A stretch of DNA of 43,018 nucleotides from a virus. Its lineage: Duplodnaviria > Caudoviricetes. Each line of letters starts with the position of its first letter. Position 1 is the first letter of the stretch. Location: IMG/VR virus record IMGVR_UViG_3300003888_000068, positions 1 to 43,018 of that record; one strand, given 5' to 3'. A program made the translations under genes and the position numbers. The notes under the pieces were generated by a model, which was given only the letters and a program-made list of their open reading frames with translations, did no database searches and was not told where the DNA came from. Of the stretch, positions 1 to 7,656 are shown one piece after another.

Positions 1-245
1 ATGCACTCGAGCTTCCTTTTGGTTCCTACAACCCATAGTGCCGGTAGCTGCTACGGAGATAGGGAAATAATGGAAACCCGCGTGGTTGCTAGAAACGTAT
101 CGGCGGAATGGGGCGAGGAGACACGTGCCGCAAACCAGGGTAAGGAACGGGCTAAAACGGACAGGTTCCGACAACTGCCTTGGTGCGTCGACATGCAGAA
201 GGCGCAGCAGGGGAACGGTGGAATGCGGTGATGGAGGGTGACGAG

Positions 246-734
246 ATGAAGGAAAAGCGCAGTCCGTCAGAAGGAAGTGCACAGCCCGACCTGTTCGCCT
301 CGCCCATGGCAGAAGGGGTGGGGGGTCGGCAGGAGGAGGTGGCCCCTCCCCCTGGGGGGGGTGGGTACCTACAGAATTGCAGGGTTTTCAAATTTTCGGC
401 ACCGCCGCCCCAAAAATCGGCGCGGGACCCCCGGCTGCAGGAGCTTCACGACCTTGGCCTGCAGCGGGTCTGGCTGGAGGTGGCGGAAACCATCGGCGTG
501 GATAGCTTCATGCAGATGTGGCGCATCCTGGATGCCGATCCGGCCTGCCGGCATTCGGATGGGCTGCTGGAAATCACGCTGAAGAAGCACAGCGCCTACC
601 TGCGGCACGTGCGCAATCGCATGATCCGCCGACTGCACGGAACGTCCACCACCGAACAGATCAGGAAAAGGGTGCTGGAACAGTTCGGGGAGGAGCTTTC
701 CCTGCGCCACATCGAGCGGATCGCCAAGGGGTGA
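246..734 (+). CDS. Putative Mor/C-like late transcription activator
   Basis: ATG at 246 with GGAGG upstream. WLEVAETIG and C-terminal RNRMIRR...LSLRHIERIA resemble the Mu Mor/C helical and HTH pattern. Lies just upstream of the terminase genes. Confidence 0.55.
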   Translation: MKEKRSPSEGSAQPDLFASPMAEGVGGRQEEVAPPPGGGGYLQNCRVFKFSAPPPQKSARDPRLQELHDLGLQRVWLEVAETIGVDSFMQMWRILDADPACRHSDGLLEITLKKHSAYLRHVRNRMIRRLHGTSTTEQIRKRVLEQFGEELSLRHIERIAKG

Positions 735-868
735 CCATCTTTCCCTCCCGGGAGGAATGGTCTATCCCCAGTTTTTGTGGGAAAGCCTGTGGATAAGTCG
801 CACGATACACGGCGGCTACAGGGAAATGGCGCCGTGCCGAAAAATGAGGCACCGCCGCCCCTCAAAGT

Positions 869-892
869 GACAAACCCTGCCGTTTTTTTGTC
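869..892 (+). promoter_or_regulatory. Late-promoter dyad, copy 1 (GACAAAccctgccgttttTTTGTC)
   Basis: 24-bp motif also found at 7530-7553 and 15589-15612, each upstream of a structural gene block. CATTGT starts 14 bp after the motif end. Confidence 0.7.
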
Positions 893-918
893 CTTCGCCT
901 CCCGGCATTGTTGGCACC

Positions 919-1875
919 ATGGCGAAAGACCGCTCCAGCCCCCTCGATAAAGTCACGTTCCAGTGCCCGGAATGCCGGCGCACCTTTTCCGCCGCCCCGG
1001 AGCGGGTGGAGGAATGCCCGGAGCAGGAGCACCACCCCTTCGCCTACTTCTCCACCTGCGCCTGCGGCGCCGAGGCCCGGCAGGCGACCTATGAGCGCAA
1101 CCTGATGAAGGCCTGGGCAAACGCTACCGGGCCGAAGACGGCAGAGGGGAAGGCGGCGGTGGCGGCCAATCTGGAGGGCCACCCGACCCCGGAGGAGGCC
1201 AAGCGCACCCGCTTCAATGCCATGAAGACCGGGCTGTACGCCAGAACCGCCACCTACTTCCCCGCCAAGCCAGGTGGCTATGCCTTCTGCGAGGGCTGCG
1301 ACGTGGATCCAGGCTGGTGCGCCAGGCAGCCGGCGTGCACCAAGAAAACCGAGTTGTTCATGCTGCACCACGCGGCCTTCGACCAGAACAACCCGAAGCA
1401 CCTCAAGGGCATGTATGCCGACCTGCAGGCGGCCCTGTTCTCCGTGGTGCAGCAGATCGTGCAGACCATCATGGCGGACGGGGTAAAAATCCAGATTCCC
1501 GAGTCCTACAAGGACAAGGACGGAGAAATCGTCGTTGCCCAGTATGAGGATGAATCCGGGGTGCGCCGCATCCTGATGCGGGAGGTAGCTGCCCATCCCC
1601 TATTCAAGCCACTGGGCGAGCTGCTGTCCCGCAACAACCTCTCCCTGGCCGACATGGGCATGACCCAGAAGGTGCTGGAGGATGTGGAGCAGGATCAGGG
1701 CCGGCTGAAGCGCGACGAGGCCACCCAGGAATCCCTGGCCGACTTCTCCCGGGGGCAGATGAAAGCCCTGGAGGACCTGAAAGGGCTGATGGCCCGGGCC
1801 AACGTCAGCCGGGACAAGGACCCGATCCTGGCGGAATTCACCCGGGTGAACGGGGATGGCGGGGGTGAGGCGTGA
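919..1875 (+). CDS. Putative terminase small subunit, Cys-rich
   Basis: Overlaps the terL start. TGPKTAEGKA...NAMKTGLY motif as seen in small terminases; several CxxC/CxC motifs. Confidence 0.6.
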   Translation: MAKDRSSPLDKVTFQCPECRRTFSAAPERVEECPEQEHHPFAYFSTCACGAEARQATYERNLMKAWANATGPKTAEGKAAVAANLEGHPTPEEAKRTRFNAMKTGLYARTATYFPAKPGGYAFCEGCDVDPGWCARQPACTKKTELFMLHHAAFDQNNPKHLKGMYADLQAALFSVVQQIVQTIMADGVKIQIPESYKDKDGEIVVAQYEDESGVRRILMREVAAHPLFKPLGELLSRNNLSLADMGMTQKVLEDVEQDQGRLKRDEATQESLADFSRGQMKALEDLKGLMARANVSRDKDPILAEFTRVNGDGGGEA

Positions 1876-3527
1876 GCGAACGGGTTTCCGCCGCCCAGCG
1901 CGTGCAGATCGCCCACCGGGCGGAAGAAGAGATCATGCGCTTCGCCAAGCCGGACGATGAAACCGGCCTGCGGCCCCATGCCCTGTGGCACAAGCACGTG
2001 CACAACGTGACCCTGGACCCGGTGCAGGTGCTGAAGATGATCGAGATGGATCAGAACCCCAACACCATCGATGTTTCCTGCCGGCGGACGGGGAAAACGG
2101 CGGTGAAGGAGATGTACCTGCTGGAGCACCTAGCCACCATGGCCCACCAGGACCTGGGCATCGTGGCGCCGCGGCTACAGCAGAGCCAGAACAACCTGGC
2201 CTACCACCTGGACGCCATTGACCGCTCCGAGATCCTGGGGGCCTACATCGGCTACAAGAACGGCCGCAAGCAGAAGTCCGACACCGGCTACCAGTTCTAC
2301 AACCGCTCCGGGGCCTGGGCCTACGGCATCATGAGCCAGGTGGACGGTGATTCCCTCACCGCCGCTAGCCTGGAAGAGACGGACGACATGCCGGCCCAGC
2401 GCCTGCTGGGCAACTTCCTGCCCATGCTGGGCTCTGCCCGGCGCCTGGGCGCCGACCCGAACAAGGCCAGCTTCAAGCCCCAGGTGCGCATTACCGGCGT
2501 GTTCAAGGGCGCCGACGTGCTGCAGACCCTGCTGGACACCAAGCAGTACCACCTGCTGCCCTCGGTGGACGTGTATCTGGGCATCGAGCTGGGCATCCTC
2601 AACGCCGAGTTCATGATGCAGATGCGGGAGCAGATGCCGGAGGGCGAATACATCCGGCAGTTCCTGTGCCGCAACGTCGCCAGCCAGAACTTCCTGTGGG
2701 AAACCTACATCCGCCGGGCCCTGGGGGTCGGCCTGCAATCCGGGCTGACGCCGGCCCAGCCCATGCCCGGGGAACGCTACAAGCGCCGCGGCATCATCAC
2801 CTTCGGCTATGACCACACCGGGCACGGCGAGAACCCCGCCGCTTCCAAGTCCACCCTGGTGGTGTGCGAGCAGATCAGCAACTTCGTCACCTTTCCCTAC
2901 GTGAAGAGCTGGGGCGCCGGTACGGACGACAAGGTGATCGAGAGCGACCTGCTGGCCGCCTGGCGCTACTTTCGGCCCGATGGCGCCATCGGCGACGCCT
3001 ACGGGGTTGGCATGCTCACCAGCCTCAACGACCGGCTCTACTCCGAGGGCCTGACCGATATCGACCGGCGGAGCATCGGCGACGGCCAGAGCAACGCCAG
3101 CACCTGGTCAGAATGGCCCTTCGCCCCCATCCGCTTCGAAGGCATGGTCAAGCACTCCATGGCATCGGCCCTGCGGGCCGCCTTCCACAACGGTCACGCC
3201 GCCATTCCCTACTTCTACGACGGCTACGACGCGGTGAAGGACGCCGCCAACACCGTATGGCGCCCAGGCCAGGCCGCCCGGGGCGGCAGCATGGAAGACG
3301 TGGCCGACTGGCTGCTCTTCGTTCGCCAGCTTGGAAACATCAAGCAGGAATCCACCAAGGCCTCCTACCCCAGCTACAAGATGGCCGATCCCAAGCTGGG
3401 GGACGACTTCTTCGATGCCGCCATGGCCGGGGTATGGAAGCTGAACACCCGGGGCGCCACCCTGGAGCCGGCTGCCATCCTCACCAAGAAGACCAGCCGG
3501 GCCCAGCTGCTGGGGAATGCGGCATGA
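1872..3527 (+). CDS. terL: Terminase large subunit
   Basis: Walker A-like SCRRTGKT, acidic Walker B-like SLEETDD, RNase H-like GYDH and DDFFDA; 551 aa; upstream of portal. Confidence 0.85.
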   Translation: MSERVSAAQRVQIAHRAEEEIMRFAKPDDETGLRPHALWHKHVHNVTLDPVQVLKMIEMDQNPNTIDVSCRRTGKTAVKEMYLLEHLATMAHQDLGIVAPRLQQSQNNLAYHLDAIDRSEILGAYIGYKNGRKQKSDTGYQFYNRSGAWAYGIMSQVDGDSLTAASLEETDDMPAQRLLGNFLPMLGSARRLGADPNKASFKPQVRITGVFKGADVLQTLLDTKQYHLLPSVDVYLGIELGILNAEFMMQMREQMPEGEYIRQFLCRNVASQNFLWETYIRRALGVGLQSGLTPAQPMPGERYKRRGIITFGYDHTGHGENPAASKSTLVVCEQISNFVTFPYVKSWGAGTDDKVIESDLLAAWRYFRPDGAIGDAYGVGMLTSLNDRLYSEGLTDIDRRSIGDGQSNASTWSEWPFAPIRFEGMVKHSMASALRAAFHNGHAAIPYFYDGYDAVKDAANTVWRPGQAARGGSMEDVADWLLFVRQLGNIKQESTKASYPSYKMADPKLGDDFFDAAMAGVWKLNTRGATLEPAAILTKKTSRAQLLGNAA

Positions 3528-3784
3528 CCCCGGCAGAAGAGGCCCAGCGCAAGGAAAACTGGGACCGGCTGAAGGTGGAAATGCCGGATGCCGCCGATTT
3601 CGTGAAGGAGCTGTACGCCCTGGGCCTGGTGGATGGCGCCCGGTGCGTGGCCTACGTTGGCACTGCAGCCGACGCGCCGCAGCCAGACCCCGCCAAGACC
3701 GTAACCGCCGCCGAGATGGACCTGGAGAGCTTCAGCGCCATGCGGTCACGCCTGAAAAAGGAGAAAGACCATGGGAATCTTTGA
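3524..3784 (+). CDS. Hypothetical phage protein (MTPAEEAQRKENW..., 86 aa)
   Basis: ATGA overlap with the terL stop; fills the terL-portal gap. Confidence 0.7.
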   Translation: MTPAEEAQRKENWDRLKVEMPDAADFVKELYALGLVDGARCVAYVGTAADAPQPDPAKTVTAAEMDLESFSAMRSRLKKEKDHGNL

Positions 3785-5117
3785 AAAGGCCCTGACCTGG
3801 GCTGCTGCCCGGGCAGGCATGACGGTGGTGGGACGCCACGACAGCGAACAGGGCGACCGCCCGACGCCGGACAAGTCAATCGAATACCTCTACCGCCAGA
3901 TGTGGGTGGATCCAGACTTGCGCCAGACCATCATGGACATCCGCGATATGGACCGCCGGGACGGCCGGGTGAAGCGAATCCACGCCAAGATCGCCCGGGA
4001 CACCATCAAGGGCGGCCTGGTATTCACCCAGAACAGCGAAAACAAGGCCCTGCGGCGCAAGTGGGACGATTTCCAGCGGCGCCTGCAGCTGAATCGCCAG
4101 GAAAAGCTAAAATCCGACGTGATGGGCCTGGTGAAAGAGGGAAACCTGCCCCTGCAGATCGTCACCGACGAAGCCATGAACATCTGCGCCGCAGTGCGCA
4201 TGCCCACCGAGACCATCCTGCCCAAGGTGGGGGAGAACGGCATGTTCACCAGCCCGGCAGAGGCCTACTGGCAGATCGACCCCTACCGGGGCGAGAAGAT
4301 CGCCGGCTTTGCCCTGTGGCAGCTCTTCCTGGCCCGCTTCGATCCTGACAATTTTGACGACCTGGGCAGCATGGGCCGTCCATTTCTCGATGCTTCCCGC
4401 ACCACCTGGCGCAAGCTGGCCATGACCGAGGAGGATCTGGTGATCCGCCGGCGCACCCGGGCCCCGCTACGGCTTTCCCATGTGCTGGATGGCGCTACCG
4501 GTGACGAGTTGCAGAAATACAAGGATGCCGCCGAGAGTGAAAAGGGCGAGATCACCACCGACTTCTACAGCAACCGCAAGGGCGGGGTGACGGCAGTGGC
4601 CGGCGATGCGGCCCTGGCCGAGATCGGCGACGTTGTGCACCTGATGGATACCTTCTTCGCCGGTGGACCGGCGCCCAAGGGACTGATGGGCTACACGGAC
4701 GGCATGGCCCGGGACATCCTGGAAGACCTGAAGCGGGACTATTACGACGAGCTGGACGGCATCCAGGACAACGTGGCCTTCGCCTACGACTGGATGTTCC
4801 GCCTGGAACTACTCTTCGACGGCATCAACCCGGAAGCGGATGAATTCAGCGTCAGCTTCGCCGAGCGCCGCACCGAGACCCCGACCCAGACCACGGACCG
4901 GATGCTGAAATACAAGGCCATTGGCTTCCCCGACGACATGATCTACGAGGAGATGGGTTACAACGCCCAGGACGTAGCCAAGCGGAAGGAACAGGCCGCC
5001 AAGCGCAGCGACCCCTACCCGGACCCTACCGCCATCGGCAACCCGCCGCCCCGGGTGAGCGTCACCCCTGGCAACGGACGCAAGGGCGAGTCGGCCACCG
5101 ATATCACCGTGCGCTAG
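3771..5117 (+). CDS. Portal protein
   Basis: 448 aa, between terminase and MuF, with SD upstream; call is mainly positional. Confidence 0.75.
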   Translation: MGIFEKALTWAAARAGMTVVGRHDSEQGDRPTPDKSIEYLYRQMWVDPDLRQTIMDIRDMDRRDGRVKRIHAKIARDTIKGGLVFTQNSENKALRRKWDDFQRRLQLNRQEKLKSDVMGLVKEGNLPLQIVTDEAMNICAAVRMPTETILPKVGENGMFTSPAEAYWQIDPYRGEKIAGFALWQLFLARFDPDNFDDLGSMGRPFLDASRTTWRKLAMTEEDLVIRRRTRAPLRLSHVLDGATGDELQKYKDAAESEKGEITTDFYSNRKGGVTAVAGDAALAEIGDVVHLMDTFFAGGPAPKGLMGYTDGMARDILEDLKRDYYDELDGIQDNVAFAYDWMFRLELLFDGINPEADEFSVSFAERRTETPTQTTDRMLKYKAIGFPDDMIYEEMGYNAQDVAKRKEQAAKRSDPYPDPTAIGNPPPRVSVTPGNGRKGESATDITVR

Positions 5118-5120
5118 GCC

Positions 5121-6971
5121 ATGGGCGACAGCACCAGAAGCCGGGCCGCCATCAAGCGCGGCACCCTGGCCGCCCACCGCCAGGTGGAAGACCTGGACCA
5201 GGAGGCCATGGACGCCCTGGAGAAGGCCTACCGCAAGGCCGCCGAAGAGATCGGGCGGGACATACGCCGGGCGGCGGGGCAGGGCGACACCGTTCCCCTC
5301 CAGGAACTGCGCCGCCTGCTGGCCCAGGTGGAAGAGCGGCTGTCCGACCTGTCCCGCCTGCGCAACGGCACATTGAATGATGTGCTGTCCCGGGCGGCAG
5401 AGCTGGGAGCCGATGCCTACGGGTTGGATGCCAGTGCCAGGCTGCAGGTCAGCCAGACGGCCCTGCGCTTCGTGCAGACCTTAGTTGCCGCCGATGGCCT
5501 ACAGCTCTCCGACCGCATCTGGCGCCTGGACCGGGGCGCCCGGGAAGCCGTGGTGGACGCCATCGAGCAGGCGGTGGTGCGCGGCTATGGCGCCGCCGAA
5601 GCCGCCCGGGACTTCCTGACCCGGGGCCAGCCGGTCCCCCTCGATGCCCAGGCCGCCATCGATGGCGCCAACGCCCAGCGCCTGGCCCGCCACATCGGCG
5701 ACCAGCTGATTGCCGCCCCGGGCAGCCCCATGGACCACGCCATGCGGCTCTTCCGTACCGAACTCAACCGGGCCCACGGCGAGGCCTACATGCTGGGAGG
5801 CGAGGGCCACCCGGACTTCGCCGGATGGCGCTTCCTGCTCTCACCGGCCCACCCGGAGCCGGATATCTGCGACCTGCTCTCCGAGCAGAACCTGCACGGC
5901 CTGGGCCGCGGGGTCTATCCCAGCCGGGAAACCTGCCCCTGGCCGGCCCACCCCAACACCCTGTCTTTCGTTGAAATCGTCTTCAAGGACGAGATCACCG
6001 AGGCCGACCGGGCCGGGCAGGAAACCCCCATGGAAGCGCTGGCCAGGCTGACGGATGGCCAGCAGCTGGGCGTGCTGGGCAAGAACAAGCACCAGGCCTT
6101 CAAGGACGGCCAGCTCACCCAGGGCATGATCCGGGCGCCATGGTCGGCGGTGAAGGAGCGGCTGCAGGGAGGCCTTCCGGATACGCCGCCCCGTCCGGCG
6201 CCGCCGGTGACCAAGCCGAAAACGCCACGGGGCAGCCTGGACGACATGATCCAGAAAGGCAGGGCCAAGGCAGATGCCTTGCTCCAGGGCCTGGCAGCCG
6301 GCGAGAAGCGCTGGGAAGAGCTGCAGGCCATGATTCACGAAGACCTCAACAAGAGCCGGTCCACCAACAAGGAAGTGAAGGTATGCAACGGCGGCAAGGG
6401 CGCCGAGTACGTGCGGGCCGTCTCCCGGCTGTTCCCGGACGACTGGACAAAAGCCAGCGACGACCTGGGGCCTCTCTACGCAAAATTCGAGAACCGGCGG
6501 GCATTTCACATCGCCGTGCCGGAGGAATACGCCGGGATGACGCTGCGCATCAAGGGCTTCGGCGTGCAGCGGGTAGCCGGCGGCGACGGCTTCATAATGA
6601 CCAGGGGATACCGCTCGGCACTACACGAATTCACCCACCGGCTGCAACATGCCCTGCCGGCGCTGGATGACTTCTTCCAGGAACTGCACCAGCGCCGCAC
6701 CGCCGGCGACCCGCTGAAATCCCTGGACAGCTTGCACCCAGGGGTGGGCTATGCTATTTCAGAAGTGACCCGGGAAGATCACTATGTGATTCCCTACCAG
6801 GGCAAGGTGTACTCCGGTTCCCGCTATCTGGGACGGGATGGGGCCCTGGAGGTGATGACCATTGCCTTCGAGTACCTTTTCGGCTCCCCGGAAAGCCTTC
6901 GCCTCCTGGTGGAGGCCGACCCGGAAATGTTCAACCTCGTGCTGGGACTGCTCCACCACTATGAACCGTGA
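5121..6971 (+). CDS. MuF/SPP1 gp7-like head morphogenesis protein with C-terminal HEXXH metallopeptidase-like extension
   Basis: LSDRIW, RLFRTELNRAH, DICD and PAHPN motifs typical of MuF. A Pro-rich linker PDTPPRPAPP is followed by a domain containing ALHEFTH. Confidence 0.8.
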   Translation: MGDSTRSRAAIKRGTLAAHRQVEDLDQEAMDALEKAYRKAAEEIGRDIRRAAGQGDTVPLQELRRLLAQVEERLSDLSRLRNGTLNDVLSRAAELGADAYGLDASARLQVSQTALRFVQTLVAADGLQLSDRIWRLDRGAREAVVDAIEQAVVRGYGAAEAARDFLTRGQPVPLDAQAAIDGANAQRLARHIGDQLIAAPGSPMDHAMRLFRTELNRAHGEAYMLGGEGHPDFAGWRFLLSPAHPEPDICDLLSEQNLHGLGRGVYPSRETCPWPAHPNTLSFVEIVFKDEITEADRAGQETPMEALARLTDGQQLGVLGKNKHQAFKDGQLTQGMIRAPWSAVKERLQGGLPDTPPRPAPPVTKPKTPRGSLDDMIQKGRAKADALLQGLAAGEKRWEELQAMIHEDLNKSRSTNKEVKVCNGGKGAEYVRAVSRLFPDDWTKASDDLGPLYAKFENRRAFHIAVPEEYAGMTLRIKGFGVQRVAGGDGFIMTRGYRSALHEFTHRLQHALPALDDFFQELHQRRTAGDPLKSLDSLHPGVGYAISEVTREDHYVIPYQGKVYSGSRYLGRDGALEVMTIAFEYLFGSPESLRLLVEADPEMFNLVLGLLHHYEP

Positions 6972-7275
6972 CCTGAAACTGTCGCCTGTCTCGCCAGCCG
7001 TTTCATCCCTGGAGTTTTCCTGGGACGCGGTAGCCGGCCGTCTGTCCGGCCGTGACGCCATGACCGTGCAGGCCCTGGTGGACGCGGCCAAGGCAGAAGG
7101 GGAGGTAACCAGCCACCCCATGCCGACCAGCTACGCCATCACCGACCCCCTGCGTAAGCCGACCCAGATGGCAGCCATCCTGGGCCAATACTGGCGACTT
7201 CCAGCCGATCTGGCCTACCTGCTGCGGCCTGATGAAGAAGCCGACGAGCCATCTGATATCGAACCGATTTACTAG
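6961..7275 (+). CDS. Small protein overlapping the MuF stop; candidate immunity or partner protein
   Basis: ATG at 6961 overlaps the MuF 3' end; 104 aa with an acidic tail. Confidence 0.6.
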   Translation: MNRDLKLSPVSPAVSSLEFSWDAVAGRLSGRDAMTVQALVDAAKAEGEVTSHPMPTSYAITDPLRKPTQMAAILGQYWRLPADLAYLLRPDEEADEPSDIEPIY

Positions 7276-7283
7276 GAGCGAGA

Positions 7284-7475
7284 ATGGGATCTCTGAACGA
7301 ACTTGCAGCAATGACGACGAGCGTCGTTGAGGAAACAGAGCATTTCGCAGTCATCGAAGTCTCCGTACCGATCACCACAAGAAACAGCATTCACGTCTAC
7401 GAGGCGTTGTGGCGCCGTGGCTATGCGGTAATCGGCTTAGTGGGAGACAGGCGTGTGTCTTGCCGCAAGGCATAA
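7284..7475 (+). CDS. Small hypothetical protein (63 aa)
   Basis: AGGAG SD; AT-richer codons; followed by a terminator. Confidence 0.55.
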   Translation: MGSLNELAAMTTSVVEETEHFAVIEVSVPITTRNSIHVYEALWRRGYAVIGLVGDRRVSCRKA

Positions 7476-7494
7476 TCGGACGACTTCAATATAG

Positions 7495-7517
7495 GCCCCG
7501 CCCCGGCGGGGCTTTTT
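7495..7517 (+). terminator. Rho-independent terminator
   Basis: GCCCCGC-cccg-GCGGGGC stem-loop followed by TTTTT. Confidence 0.8.
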
Positions 7518-7529
7518 CATTTCCAGGCC

Positions 7530-7553
7530 GACAAACCCTTCCGTTTTTTTGTC
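7530..7553 (+). promoter_or_regulatory. Late-promoter dyad, copy 2
   Basis: GACAAACCCTTCCGTTTTTTTGTC directly after the terminator and before the capsid gene. CATTCT at the same 14-bp offset. Confidence 0.7.
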
Positions 7554-7656
7554 GCCTTGCCTGCCGCATTCTCGCTACAGCCCCGAATCCGGGGCTAGCG
7601 CGGCGGGGTTCCAGTTCGCTCCTGTCTCTGCCGCGCACCCGAATTGCGAGGTGGAG

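Noticed and set aside
1-231. ORF 1-231 and a possible left att site
   Set aside because: No recognisable protein and no copy of the tRNA-Arg 3' end here. An AAGGA on the minus strand near position 15 hints at a leftward gene starting at the window edge, but there is too little sequence to call it.
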